A stretch of DNA of 28,407 nt from Candidatus Profundicultor aquiphilus (GCA_013314795.1 JABUEZ010000001.1:1-28407); one strand, 5' to 3'; positions 18,464 to 28,362 are shown, counted from the stretch's first letter. Program-made: numbers and translations. Notes: generated by a model from the letters alone, not told the origin.

Positions 18464-18512
18464 CAAGGAGGGGATTTTCGTTATTCAGATGTGTCATTCA
18501 TTCAACTTCCGG
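18411..18512 (-). ncRNA. Candidate small regulatory RNA (~100 nt) with a CU-rich anti-SD segment
   Basis: Bounded by a consensus promoter (18546-18519) and the 20-bp terminator. No SD-led ORF inside. Contains ACGAAAAUCCCCUCCUU. No known family recognised. Confidence 0.55.
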
Positions 18513-18518
18513 AATTTA

Positions 18519-18546
18519 ATTATATAAGGGATCCATATTTTGTCAA
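18519..18546 (-). promoter_or_regulatory. Consensus sigma70 promoter with no downstream protein gene
   Basis: TTGACA (18546-18541), 16 nt, TATAAT (18524-18519), with an AT-rich UP-like tract at ~18558-18577. Confidence 0.75.
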
Positions 18547-18581
18547 TACCCCGATCAGAAATTTTTAAAAAATTTTGGAAA

Positions 18582-20489
18582 TCATTCTTCCATCTCTTCT
18601 CGAGCATCCCGGAGGAGTTTTTCAAGCTGTTCCACGGTAAGGTCGAGTTGAGTTTCATTATAGCAACTCGTCTCACCACCGCTACGAACAAAATTCCGGT
18701 AGTGAACCCGAAACACACCTGGAGCGACTTCCCGAGCGTTGTCGACCACTTCTACCCAGTAAACCTTATCATCGTAACCAAACACTTCTCGGGCACGAAC
18801 GGTTTCCTTCTCTGCCTGCCAGGCAAGGTATCGGGGATACAAATCACGGAAGGCGGAAACAATTTCTGGACCATCCCCACTCGGGGTTGTGGGTTCCTCT
18901 GGAGGCGTTGCAATTGTATCATCATCACGAGTTATATCCGATGGAGGCGGTAAATCTTTATCCAGACCTTCCGGCGATGATTCATCAATGTTACTCTCCC
19001 CCAGGAATGCAAGCATAGAACGAATGTTGGCTTCAATTTCACCCAGATTGATCGCTCCCTCAAAGGAGGACACCGGTACCACATCGCCACTCTGGAGGCG
19101 AACCAGAATTCGATAGGACACAAAAAACCGATCATTCTCTACCGGCGTCCCGGCATGGAGAATTTCAAAAGAGTAGGTATTTTGTGCCCCGTGGGATCGG
19201 TCCCAATTCTCGAGCTCTCTTGCTTTTCTTTCCAGATAACGGGAAAGAACCGTCCGATAACGAGAAAGAACTTCATCTTCCTGAGGCTTTTGATAGCCTG
19301 TGGAAAATCCCGAATCCTGAGACACGTCAGTATTTTCCATATCCTGGGACAAGTCAGAAATACCACTCCGTAGCTTTCCTTCCAAATACTGGATGGCTTC
19401 CTGAAAATCTTTGGGAGTTCCCTGGGTTTTATCTTCATTGACCAGAACCTTTTCTCCGGCCTCGTTGTATCCAAAGATTTTCCAGCTCACCTCATAGATA
19501 CCAGAAGCGATTTTCACCGCCTCACCCACCTCGGCAAAGAATGATTTCACTCCACCGGATCTGGCGATCTCAGCTTCGATATATTCCTTAAGGAGCTTGC
19601 GAAAGGAAGAAAAAAGTCGTGTTTCTTCTTCCGATACCGTTTCTGACCCAGGCGAAGGAATAGGGGTAGGAGCGGTAGTAAGTTCTACCGGAGAAGGGGA
19701 GGGTAAATTCTCCGGCTGTGGGGAAGGAGAAGGCGTTACCAGGCGGCGTTCAGCTTCCCGCTGCAGACGGGTAAGATCTGAAGCGACACCCTGCCAGAGC
19801 GCCGTAACAACAGCACTCTCTTCCTGGGCAAGAATTTCTCTTTGAAAACGGAGCTCCAGACTGCTCATCCAGAACCGATCGATCTGGGAACGGAGACGTT
19901 TTTCGAGTTTTTCTCCCAGAAGGTCTGCCTTGTACCCCTTTCGCTTGAGTAACTCCTGATACATCTTTTCCTGCACCAGGTAGTACCCACTCCATCCCAT
20001 AACGGCCGACTCAAAAGCCGTACTCTTTGACTCCTCACTCGTATCTCCCCGTTTCCAGTCGATAAGGCGCATTGAACGATAATTCCGGTAAATGGATTCC
20101 TCAAAACGGGGAATAACAACGTAATCCCGGACCACCTCGAGGCTCGTTTGATAGACTTTCACAGCGGTGAGAAAGGTCTGGAGGGGACCCGGAAGAAGCA
20201 CCGACTTCAGGTTATCGACAAAACGGTCGAAAAGCTCCAGCATCGCATCATTATCCTGAGCCGTAGCAAAAAGATGCACCACCTTCACGGCAAAGGTTAT
20301 TCGCTCTAAGTTATCAAAAAGAGACGGAGCTTCATCATAGATGAGCTCCAGAGTATCCTTGGTAAGGCCCGTCAGTCGAGATGCTTCCTCAATCACCTCA
20401 CCCCGCGAAACCTCATCCAGGGCAAATCCATGCGACGTTACGAGAAAGCAGAAAATAGAGAGCAGGACTATCGCGAGACTCTTTTTCAT
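18582..20489 (-). CDS. Hypothetical secreted protein: helical N-domain, Pro/Ser/Thr linker and three divergent ~90-aa repeats
   Basis: Signal peptide MKKSLAIVLLSIFCFLVTSHGFA; linker TPSPSPQPENLPSPSPVELTTAPTPIPSPG; own promoter and SD; 635 aa uninterrupted. Confidence 0.8.
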   Translation of the reverse strand: MKKSLAIVLLSIFCFLVTSHGFALDEVSRGEVIEEASRLTGLTKDTLELIYDEAPSLFDNLERITFAVKVVHLFATAQDNDAMLELFDRFVDNLKSVLLPGPLQTFLTAVKVYQTSLEVVRDYVVIPRFEESIYRNYRSMRLIDWKRGDTSEESKSTAFESAVMGWSGYYLVQEKMYQELLKRKGYKADLLGEKLEKRLRSQIDRFWMSSLELRFQREILAQEESAVVTALWQGVASDLTRLQREAERRLVTPSPSPQPENLPSPSPVELTTAPTPIPSPGSETVSEEETRLFSSFRKLLKEYIEAEIARSGGVKSFFAEVGEAVKIASGIYEVSWKIFGYNEAGEKVLVNEDKTQGTPKDFQEAIQYLEGKLRSGISDLSQDMENTDVSQDSGFSTGYQKPQEDEVLSRYRTVLSRYLERKARELENWDRSHGAQNTYSFEILHAGTPVENDRFFVSYRILVRLQSGDVVPVSSFEGAINLGEIEANIRSMLAFLGESNIDESSPEGLDKDLPPPSDITRDDDTIATPPEEPTTPSGDGPEIVSAFRDLYPRYLAWQAEKETVRAREVFGYDDKVYWVEVVDNAREVAPGVFRVHYRNFVRSGGETSCYNETQLDLTVEQLEKLLRDAREEMEE

Positions 20490-20513
20490 GGTGGGATTCC
20501 CCCTTTAGGGGGC

Positions 20514-20542
20514 ATTATCGCATCACCATCGGAGAATGTCAA
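20514..20542 (-). promoter_or_regulatory. Sigma70-type promoter of the 635-aa gene
   Basis: TTGACA (20542-20537), 17 nt, GATAAT (20519-20514), with a TGn extended -10. Confidence 0.7.
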
Positions 20543-20665
20543 TGAAATAGGCACTCAGAGCATTTCAAAAATCTCCTCTGTGTTCATTTCATGTTCAGGA
20601 TGAATCCGCCCATAAGGACCAGAAGTGAGCTTTCCTCAGGCCCATATAAACGATACAATATTCCC

Positions 20666-22021
20666 ATGATCCAGAGAGAACGCCTGAAAGAATTGAACAA
20701 CAAACCCCTTCAAGAGGGAAGCTATATCCTTTACTGGATGCAGGCAGCCCAAAGAGCAGAATGGAATCATGCTTTAGAGTATGCCATTCAAAAAGCCAAC
20801 GAACTTCAGAAACCCCTCCTGGTTCTTTTCAGCCTCACCGATCGATTTCCAGAAGCCAATGCCCGTCATTATCTCTTTCTCCTTGAAGGATTACAGGAAA
20901 CCCAGAGAAAACTTGCCCAGAGGGAAATAAGAATGGTTGTTTACCTCGGTGACCCGGTGGAAAACGTAGCGCAATTTTCTCAAAAAGCGACGTTTCTTGT
21001 CACCGACCGGGGGTATCTCCGCATTCAGAGAGAATGGCGAGAAAAAGTGGCACAACAGGTGAATTGCCCCTTCTGGCAGGTAGAAACAGAAGTCATTGTT
21101 CCGGTGGAAGTAGTTTCCCCACATGAAGAATACGGAGCGTACACCATCCGTCCCAAGTTGAAAAAACAACTCAACCGTTACCTGATCCCACTCCGAGAAG
21201 AGACGGTTCGCATTCCCTCCCTGTCTTTTCCAGCATTCCCCCATGAACTCGATCTCTCCGCCCCAGAGAAAATCCTCGAATATTTGGGCATCGATAAAAA
21301 CATTGCGCTCCTGCCCCACCTGGGTGGTACAGACCGTGCCAAAGCGAAACTAAAGGAATTTATTGCGCATCATCTATCCCGCTACCCTACCTCTCGAAAC
21401 GATCCCTCTCAGGATACACTCTCTGCTATGAGTCCATACCTTCACTTTGGGCAGATTTCTCCCCTTTTCATCACTCAGGAAATCATCGGTGCTCCTGTCC
21501 CAGAAGAAGTCAAGGAAACATATCTCGAAGAACTCATTGTCCGAAGAGAGTTGAGCATGAATTTTGTGTTTTATAACCCGCACTACGATTCCTTTCAAGG
21601 TCTTCCCTCCTGGGCCCAGGATACCTTACGAAAACACCGAAGAGACTCCCGAAAATACCACTATCACCTCGAAGACTTCGAAAATGCCAGGACCCACGAT
21701 GTGCTCTGGAACGCCGCACAGAAAGAACTGGTCAAAACGGGGAAAATCCACGGATACGTACGGATGTACTGGGGAAAGAAAGTTCTGGAATGGAGCAACG
21801 ACCCGGAAGAAGCCTTCCACACCCTCCTTTACCTTAATAATAAATATGCACTCGATGGACGAGATCCAAACAGTTTTGCCGGAATAGCCTGGTGCTTTGG
21901 GAAGCACGATCGGGCCTTTGGAGAACGTCCCATTTTTGGAAAAGTGCGCTACATGGGGAAGGGAAACGTGCGCAAAAAGTCCATTGAACGAGCGTACGTT
22001 GAACGCATAGAGAGGATGTGA
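20666..22021 (+). CDS. phrB: Class II CPD photolyase (deoxyribodipyrimidine photo-lyase)
   Basis: YILYWMQAAQRAEWNHAL, SAMSPYLHFGQIS, EELIVRRELSMNF, THDVLWNAAQ, GKIHGYVRMYWGKKVLEW, LDGRDPNSFAGIAWCFGKHDR, ERPIFGKVRYM. Likely start ATG 20666 (ORF track gives 20591). Confidence 0.93.
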   Translation: MIQRERLKELNNKPLQEGSYILYWMQAAQRAEWNHALEYAIQKANELQKPLLVLFSLTDRFPEANARHYLFLLEGLQETQRKLAQREIRMVVYLGDPVENVAQFSQKATFLVTDRGYLRIQREWREKVAQQVNCPFWQVETEVIVPVEVVSPHEEYGAYTIRPKLKKQLNRYLIPLREETVRIPSLSFPAFPHELDLSAPEKILEYLGIDKNIALLPHLGGTDRAKAKLKEFIAHHLSRYPTSRNDPSQDTLSAMSPYLHFGQISPLFITQEIIGAPVPEEVKETYLEELIVRRELSMNFVFYNPHYDSFQGLPSWAQDTLRKHRRDSRKYHYHLEDFENARTHDVLWNAAQKELVKTGKIHGYVRMYWGKKVLEWSNDPEEAFHTLLYLNNKYALDGRDPNSFAGIAWCFGKHDRAFGERPIFGKVRYMGKGNVRKKSIERAYVERIERM

Positions 22022-22998
22022 GACCCTTGAAGCCAAAGATTATCGTGAGCCGATGTCTGGGATTCGACCATTGCCGCTATGATGGCTCCATCATCCCCAG
22101 TCAGATTGTGGAAAAGCTCCAAGAGGAAGTGGAATGTATTCCCGTATGCCCAGAATTAGCCATAGGCCTGGGCGTGCCACGGCAACCGGTGAGGATCGTG
22201 TTCATCGACGGGGAACGACGGTTAATCCAGGATAAAAGTGGTGAGGACCTTACCCTGAGGATGTCTGCATTCATCAAATCCTTTTTTGAGGGAATCGATG
22301 TTCAGGGATTTATTCTGAAAGCCAAATCCCCCTCCTGTGGCGTCAGAGACGTAAAAATTTATACCCCTCAGGGCACAGTCTTTGCTCAGGGAAATGGTTT
22401 TTTCGCTCAGGAAGCGCTGACTCGACATCCTCATCTTCCCATAGAGACCGAAAAACGATTAGAAAATATCGCCATTTATGAACATTTTCTCCAGAAGGTT
22501 TTTACCCTCTATGAGTTTTCCCAGGTCAAAGCGAGCCAAAGCATGAAGAAGTTGGTCGATTTCCACACCCGCTACAAACTCTTTCTTCTGGCTCACCACC
22601 AACGAGAAACACAGCTACTGGGAAAAATCGTGGCCAATGCGGAGAAAAACGACTTCGTAACGGTGGCACGAGAGTACGAAATACACCTCCACCAGGCACT
22701 CAAAAGAGCCATGAATCGGAAACTCACCATCAACGTCCTTTACCATGCCCTAGGGTACTTCAAGGACAGGCTTACCTCGCGAGAGAAACAACTCTTCCTC
22801 CGGCTCCTGGAGCAGTTTCGTCAGGGAACAGTTCCTCTTGCTGCACTCACCGGCATTCTCCGATCCTGGATCGAACGTTTCGAAGAAGAATACCTGGCGA
22901 AACAAGCCTTCTTCACACCGTATCCGGAGGAACTTCAGCCCAAAATTGAAAAAGATAACCTTCCTCCGCGAAATTACTGGGACTGGGAAGAGTCCTGA
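22018..22998 (+). CDS. ybgA: DUF523 (TudS)-DUF1722 fusion, YbgA/RudS family thiouridine desulfidase
   Basis: SRCLGFDHCRYDG, VCPELAIGLGVPR, GFILKAKSPSCG (TudS cysteines), followed by LVDFHTRYKLFLLAH, NVLYHALGYFK, FFTPYPEEL (DUF1722). GTGA overlap with the photolyase. Confidence 0.88.
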   Translation: MRPLKPKIIVSRCLGFDHCRYDGSIIPSQIVEKLQEEVECIPVCPELAIGLGVPRQPVRIVFIDGERRLIQDKSGEDLTLRMSAFIKSFFEGIDVQGFILKAKSPSCGVRDVKIYTPQGTVFAQGNGFFAQEALTRHPHLPIETEKRLENIAIYEHFLQKVFTLYEFSQVKASQSMKKLVDFHTRYKLFLLAHHQRETQLLGKIVANAEKNDFVTVAREYEIHLHQALKRAMNRKLTINVLYHALGYFKDRLTSREKQLFLRLLEQFRQGTVPLAALTGILRSWIERFEEEYLAKQAFFTPYPEELQPKIEKDNLPPRNYWDWEES

Positions 22999-23018
22999 AA
23001 AAACCTTCCCAGTCCTTT

Positions 23019-23705
23019 TCAAACTCTTTCAAACTGGTCTTTCCCTACCCCACAGATGGGACAAACCCAGTTTTCGGGGAGTTTCTCAAAGGGCGTTCCA
23101 GGTTGAACACCTGAATCGGGGTCACCAAAACGTTCGTCATAGATGTAGCCACAGACTTTGCATCGATATCGCCCTGTCACTTCCACAGCTTTCCCTTGCT
23201 TTTCCTGGTAGGTTGCCGCGGTGCGGGGAACCTTACCTCCTTTGACATCACGGTAGTATCCGTACGTCATGGGAGTCAGTTTTGAGTCGATAAATTCCGT
23301 CTCCACCACTTCACCCAGGAAAAGCATGTGGGTTCCGGCATCAAGTTTGGCCACAACCCTTGCTTCCAGATAGGCCACCACGTGTTCTCGTAACACTGGA
23401 ACACCGGTTTTTCCCAGAAAATATTTTACCTGGGCAAACTTGTCGATATCTCGTCCGGTGCGAAAACCAAAGAGTCCAACAAGCTGTAGGGGCGCTTCTT
23501 TCTCGAGCACCGATACCGAAAAGAATCCACTTTTTTCAATGAGCGAGACGGTTAAGCTTTCCTTATTGACACTGGCCACAACCTGGGGAGGAAAGGCGGT
23601 GACCTGGACTAAAGCATTAATAATCAGACCGTTCATCTTGCCCTCGTATGACGATGCCACCACGTACATCCCGCAGTTTAACGCAAACAGAGCCTCCAGG
23701 TTCAC
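23019..23705 (-). CDS. hrb: High-molecular-weight rubredoxin (flavin reductase-like domain plus rubredoxin)
   Basis: [33 protein letters not shown], then [11 protein letters not shown]...[26 protein letters not shown]. Start GTG 23705 after SD GGAGGTGA. Confidence 0.88.
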   Translation of the reverse strand: MNLEALFALNCGMYVVASSYEGKMNGLIINALVQVTAFPPQVVASVNKESLTVSLIEKSGFFSVSVLEKEAPLQLVGLFGFRTGRDIDKFAQVKYFLGKTGVPVLREHVVAYLEARVVAKLDAGTHMLFLGEVVETEFIDSKLTPMTYGYYRDVKGGKVPRTAATYQEKQGKAVEVTGRYRCKVCGYIYDERFGDPDSGVQPGTPFEKLPENWVCPICGVGKDQFERV

Positions 23706-23730
23706 CGAAATCACCTCCACCCTTTCCCAC

Positions 23731-25269
23731 TCACATATCGGCCAACTTCTTCATAACTCCTTTGGTGTTCTCATAAAGCTCCCGGAAAATGGCGTAGTAA
23801 CGGTCGTAAGCTTTTTTACGTTCCGCATCAACCTTAATCACCGGTCGGAAAGTTACCCATTCCTTGATCTGTTCCGGACGAGAGATAATTCCCGTTCCCA
23901 GTCCCACCAGGAAAGCATCTCCAAAGGGTGCTTCCACATCCTTGGAAAGGCGCTTCATGTCAAATCCGGTGATATCAGCAAAAATCTGTACCCAGAAAGA
24001 GGAACGTGCCACGCCACCCACAATCCAGCACTCCGGATTGAGCTTCATCCCGGCCTTGATAGCCTCTTCCATGTTATGGCGCAGGGCATAGGCAGCCGCT
24101 TCAAGCATTGCCTTATAAACGTGGGCCCTGGTGTGGTACAGCGAAAGTCCCAGAATGGTTCCCCGAGCATCGGGATCCCAGATCGGCGAGCGCTCACCCA
24201 TAAAGTAAGGAAGAACGATCAGGCCTTCACTTCCAGGAGGGATGTTCTGTGCCTGAAGTTCCAAAAGGGTATACGCCGGAATTTTCGTATTTTTCTCCAC
24301 TTCTTTTTCGTACATGCCAAATTGCTCCCGGAACCAGCGAGCCAACGCCCCGGAAGTGGCACTTCCTCCAAAGGTGTAGATAAGCTCCATATCATAGACC
24401 ACATAGGGGAAGCTGACCAGGAAAGGCGTTAAATACTGACCCTGATGCACCGTTCCCCAGCACATGGAAGTTCCAGCCATAGCCACATGTTCACCCATGC
24501 TCAAGACACCAGCGGCAAGCTGCGCTACCGGAGCATCTACGCCACCGGCAATAACCGGAGTCCCCTCCAGAAGTCCTGTTTTCTCGGCAAACTGTCGATT
24601 GATTCTTCCCACAATATCTGAGGACTTGAAAATGGTATCGGGAAGCATCCTTTTGGGAATCCCCAGGATATTACACATCTCATCCGACCAGGTTCGCTTC
24701 TTGATGTCAAAGACACCACCAATGTTACCCGCCGAAGAATAGTCAGTAGCCAGAACCCCGGTCAAACGATGCACCACGTAATCTTTCGGCGTGACAAACT
24801 GGTAAATCTTCTCCCAAACCTCCGGCTCGTTATTCCGGATCCACATCATCTTGGTGAACCCGTAATATGAATCCACATAATTGCCGGTAATACCAAAGAT
24901 GGTCTCAAGAGGCACGTTATCCTTTACCCATTGGGTTTCTTTCCGTGCCCGACGGTCCATCCAGATAAGACAGGGTCGCAGGGGTTTTAAGTCTTTATCG
25001 ACCGGTACCCCTGAACCACCATAAAGACCACTGATGGCAATTCCGGCAATGTCTTTGGGGTTCACCTTGGACTTTTCGATACACCGCGCTACAGTCTTAA
25101 CCACTGCTTCAAGCCACACATCTGGCCACTGTTCCGCCCAGGAAGGGCGAGGGGTAATTACGTCGTACTCCACAAATGCATCGGCAACAAATTCCCCCTT
25201 TTCGGTAACCATGACCGTTTTGGTTCCCTGCGTCCCAATATCTGTTCCCAAAAGGTACAAAGCTGCCAC
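23731..25269 (-). CDS. FGGY-family carbohydrate kinase (xylulokinase-like)
   Basis: [58 protein letters not shown]. Start could be TTG 25260. Confidence 0.92.
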   Translation of the reverse strand: MAALYLLGTDIGTQGTKTVMVTEKGEFVADAFVEYDVITPRPSWAEQWPDVWLEAVVKTVARCIEKSKVNPKDIAGIAISGLYGGSGVPVDKDLKPLRPCLIWMDRRARKETQWVKDNVPLETIFGITGNYVDSYYGFTKMMWIRNNEPEVWEKIYQFVTPKDYVVHRLTGVLATDYSSAGNIGGVFDIKKRTWSDEMCNILGIPKRMLPDTIFKSSDIVGRINRQFAEKTGLLEGTPVIAGGVDAPVAQLAAGVLSMGEHVAMAGTSMCWGTVHQGQYLTPFLVSFPYVVYDMELIYTFGGSATSGALARWFREQFGMYEKEVEKNTKIPAYTLLELQAQNIPPGSEGLIVLPYFMGERSPIWDPDARGTILGLSLYHTRAHVYKAMLEAAAYALRHNMEEAIKAGMKLNPECWIVGGVARSSFWVQIFADITGFDMKRLSKDVEAPFGDAFLVGLGTGIISRPEQIKEWVTFRPVIKVDAERKKAYDRYYAIFRELYENTKGVMKKLADM

Positions 25270-25305
25270 CCCCTGTTCTCCAACTTTCTCTTATTGTATC
25301 ACGCT

Positions 25306-26625
25306 TTATCCATTGTGGTTGACATCGGGAAGCTTCTGCGTGAGATAGAGCTCATATGCCCCGAGATCCAGGAATCCATGACCACTGCAGTTAAAAACGA
25401 TGACCTTTTCTTCGCCACTCATGGTACACTTTTTGGCTTCTTCAATCACGGCCTTCACCGCATGAGCCGTTTCCGGTGCTACCACCAATCCCTCGGTTCG
25501 AGCGAACGTGACCGCAGCCTCAAAGACTTCGTTCTGTTTGTAAGCCTGAGCCTCCACCAACCCCAGAGCATAGAGAAGGCTCACGATAGGAGCCATGCCA
25601 TGGTAACGCAAGCCCCCAGCATGAATGGCAGGAGGAATAAAGTCGTGACCCAGAGTGTGCATCTTAAGAAGTGGAGTATTTTTGGCCACATCACCATAAT
25701 CGTATTCGTACCGCCCACGAAGGAGCGAAGAGCAGGCCGTGGGTTCTACGGCAATTGCCCGGAAGGTTTTCTCCCCTTTGAGTTTATCACGCATAAAGGG
25801 GAGTACCATACCGCCAAAGTTACTGCCACCACCCACACACCCAACCACAATATCTGGATATTTTTCTCCAGCTTTCTCTAACTGGAGCTTGGCTTCTTCG
25901 CCGATAACGGTCTGATGAAGGAGCACATGATTGAGTACACTACCCAGACTGTACTTGGAGTGGGGGGTAGTCACCGCATCTTCGATGGCTTCGCTGATGG
26001 CGATACCAAGGCTTCCCAAAGACTGTGGGTCCTTTGCCAGAATGTCTCGCCCTGCTTTGGTTCGGTCACTCGGACTGGGATATACCTCTGCTCCCCAGGT
26101 GTGCATGAGCACCCGTCGGTACGGTTTCTGCTCATAACTCACCCGCACCATATAGACCGTACACTCCAGACCAAAGAACTGGCAGGCCATAGCCAGGGCC
26201 GACCCCCACTGGCCAGCTCCAGTCTCGGTGGTCAATCTCTTCGTACCGTCTTTTTTGTTATAGTACGCCTGAGCCACGGCGGTATTGGGCTTGTGGCTTC
26301 CGGCAGGACTCGTACCCTCATACTTGTAATAGATACGAGCCGGTGTCTTGAGAAAGGCTTCCAGCTTTCGAGCCCGTACAAGAGGTGTGGGTCTCCACAA
26401 GCGATAAATATCAAGCACTTCTCCAGGAATGTCGATGTAACGGCTGGTGCTTACTTCCTGCTCGATAAGGCTTTTAGGAAAAATCGGTTCCAGGTCCTCC
26501 AGTTTCACCGGTTGCATGGTGGCAGGATGAAGGGGTGGATCAAGTGGTCGAGGCAAATCAGCAAGCACATTGTACCAGACTGTGGGCATTTCCTTTTCAC
26601 TCAAAATAATTCGACTTTCTTCCAT
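25306..26625 (-). CDS. trpB2: Tryptophan synthase beta chain, type 2 (TrpB2)
   Basis: [40 protein letters not shown] (PLP lysine), [47 protein letters not shown]. No trpA adjacent. Confidence 0.95.
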   Translation of the reverse strand: MEESRIILSEKEMPTVWYNVLADLPRPLDPPLHPATMQPVKLEDLEPIFPKSLIEQEVSTSRYIDIPGEVLDIYRLWRPTPLVRARKLEAFLKTPARIYYKYEGTSPAGSHKPNTAVAQAYYNKKDGTKRLTTETGAGQWGSALAMACQFFGLECTVYMVRVSYEQKPYRRVLMHTWGAEVYPSPSDRTKAGRDILAKDPQSLGSLGIAISEAIEDAVTTPHSKYSLGSVLNHVLLHQTVIGEEAKLQLEKAGEKYPDIVVGCVGGGSNFGGMVLPFMRDKLKGEKTFRAIAVEPTACSSLLRGRYEYDYGDVAKNTPLLKMHTLGHDFIPPAIHAGGLRYHGMAPIVSLLYALGLVEAQAYKQNEVFEAAVTFARTEGLVVAPETAHAVKAVIEEAKKCTMSGEEKVIVFNCSGHGFLDLGAYELYLTQKLPDVNHNG

Positions 26626-26642
26626 TTTTCTTTCCTCCTTTC

Positions 26643-27440
26643 TTATGAAGAGAGCAAGGCTCGATCATTCACAAACATCTTGTGTCTGCGAATGTTAAAC
26701 TGTTCCAGCAATTCCTGAATGGTCATTTTTTTTCTTTCTTCTCCTGCCACATCCAGAACCACTTCTCCTTCGTCCATCATCAGAGTGCGGTTGCCAAAAG
26801 AAAGAGCGTCCTGGAGATTGTGCGTCACCATGAGGGTCGTCAAGCGATTCTCATGCACCAGTTTGGTGGTAAGTTCCATAATAATTTCTCCGGTCTTGGG
26901 GTCGAGGTTGGCAGTATGTTCATCAAGGAGTAAAATTTTAGGTTGACTCAACGTCGCCATTAGAAGGGCCAGCGCCTGTCTCTGTCCTCCGGATAGAAGT
27001 CCTACCCGGTCCTTTAATCGCCTCTCAAGACCAAGACCAATTGCGGAAAGTTCTTTCCTGAATACCTCTCGCATACGTTCATTGAGCGCCATACGGATTC
27101 CTTTGCTTTTCCCCTTGAGGTAGGCAATGGCCAGGTTTTCCTCAATGGTCAATGAGGGAGCCGTTCCCTGAAAGGTGTTCTGGAAAACCCGCCCGAGATA
27201 TACCGCCCGCCGATGGGGAGGGAGATGCGTAACATCAACACCGTCAATCGCTATTTTCCCTTCATCGGGAAAGTATGTTCCACTGATTAAATTGAGCAGG
27301 GTCGTCTTCCCTGCCCCATTGCTTCCCACGATGGTTACAAACTCACCATCCTGAACTTCGAGGCTCAAATTTCGAATGGCCCAGCGTTCATCGGGAGAAT
27401 TACGGAAGAAAAACTTGTTGACCCTGTCAATTTTAAGCAT
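26643..27440 (-). CDS. ABC transporter ATP-binding subunit, putative Trp/Tyr transport family (COG1101-like)
   Basis: Walker [24 protein letters not shown], Walker [18 protein letters not shown]. Confidence 0.9.
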   Translation of the reverse strand: MLKIDRVNKFFFRNSPDERWAIRNLSLEVQDGEFVTIVGSNGAGKTTLLNLISGTYFPDEGKIAIDGVDVTHLPPHRRAVYLGRVFQNTFQGTAPSLTIEENLAIAYLKGKSKGIRMALNERMREVFRKELSAIGLGLERRLKDRVGLLSGGQRQALALLMATLSQPKILLLDEHTANLDPKTGEIIMELTTKLVHENRLTTLMVTHNLQDALSFGNRTLMMDEGEVVLDVAGEERKKMTIQELLEQFNIRRHKMFVNDRALLSS

Positions 27441-28339
27441 TACCCCGCCCTCCCCAATTTTTCCTTCAAAACCGGGAACGAAAGAATGAGGATAACCAGA
27501 ATCCCCGTAAAAAGCTTCAAATCGTAGGGCTTAAAGCCAATATTATACCCCCAGTTCAGTGCTATAGCCGTCGCCATTCGATAGACCACCGCACCCAGGA
27601 TGACCTGCAATGTCATCACAAAAATAGTCTTCCCTCGCAACAGCACTTCCCCCACAATAACCGAAGCAAGCCCCGAAATAACCATTCCAATGCCCATGTT
27701 GATATCAACAAAACCCTGGTACTGGGCAAACATTGCTCCCGACAGTGCCACCAGAGCGTTGGAAAGAGCAATCCCTACAAGTTTCATCCGGTTGGGATCG
27801 ATGCCCTGAGTTTCAACCAGTGTTTCATTGTCACCGGTCGCCCGGATGGAAAGACCAATCTCGGTTTGCAGAAAAAGATCAACGATAACCTTTAAAAAGG
27901 TAAGGAGAAGCAATAAGAAAATGAAACGAAGATAGACTTCAGGAATGGAAGGGAATGCATCGCGCAAAATCACAAAGATGGTCCGATGTCCCAGGTTTTC
28001 AGAAAGGGAAATATTGGGCCTTCCCATCACCCGGAGATTTACAGAATAAAGACAGATCATGGTAAGGATACCTGAAAGCAAGGCCGGAATCCGGGAAAAG
28101 GTATGCAAAATTCCAGTAAAAAGACCAGCCAGAGCTCCCAAAAGAAGCGCACACAACACGCCCACCAGGGGTCCATGTCCGCGATACATCATCAGGGCAA
28201 AGATAGCCGCACCCAGAGGATAACTTCCGTCAACGGTAAGATCCGGAAAATTGAGACAGCGAAATGTGATGAACACTCCTAAAGCCAGGATCCCAAAAAG
28301 TAAACCTTCTTGAGCACCGTAAAGAAAAAAGTCCCGAAT
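27440..28339 (-). CDS. ABC transporter permease, putative Trp/Tyr transport family (COG4120-like); probable ATT start
   Basis: FPDLTVDGSYPLGAA, LLSGILTMICLYSVNLRVMGRPNI, GLSIRATGDN, SNALVALSGA, QYQGFVDINMGIG. The first helix (GAQEGLLFGILALG) lies upstream of the GTG at 28276, and the SD points to ATT 28339. Confidence 0.88.
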   Translation of the reverse strand: MRDFFLYGAQEGLLFGILALGVFITFRCLNFPDLTVDGSYPLGAAIFALMMYRGHGPLVGVLCALLLGALAGLFTGILHTFSRIPALLSGILTMICLYSVNLRVMGRPNISLSENLGHRTIFVILRDAFPSIPEVYLRFIFLLLLLTFLKVIVDLFLQTEIGLSIRATGDNETLVETQGIDPNRMKLVGIALSNALVALSGAMFAQYQGFVDINMGIGMVISGLASVIVGEVLLRGKTIFVMTLQVILGAVVYRMATAIALNWGYNIGFKPYDLKLFTGILVILILSFPVLKEKLGRAG

Positions 28340-28362
28340 TTTTGCGACCTCCCTTTATACGG

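Noticed and set aside
18500-18512. CCGGAAG at the sRNA 5' end recalling the SRP RNA loop
   Set aside because: The flanking CAGG and GCAGC elements and the long SRP stem are absent.
18489-18527. 12-aa plus-strand peptide (MCHSFNFRNLII) antisense to the candidate sRNA, as in a type I toxin-antitoxin pair
   Set aside because: The GGAGG is 17 nt from the ATG, the peptide is short and not hydrophobic, and no plus-strand promoter is evident.
23440-24432. 330-aa plus-strand ORF (likewise 25915-26718 and 25294-25881)
   Set aside because: Antisense to well-supported hrb, FGGY kinase and trpB2 genes; no family signal.
25319-25324. Plus-strand TTGACA at the end of trpB2
   Set aside because: No matching -10 at 16-18 nt.
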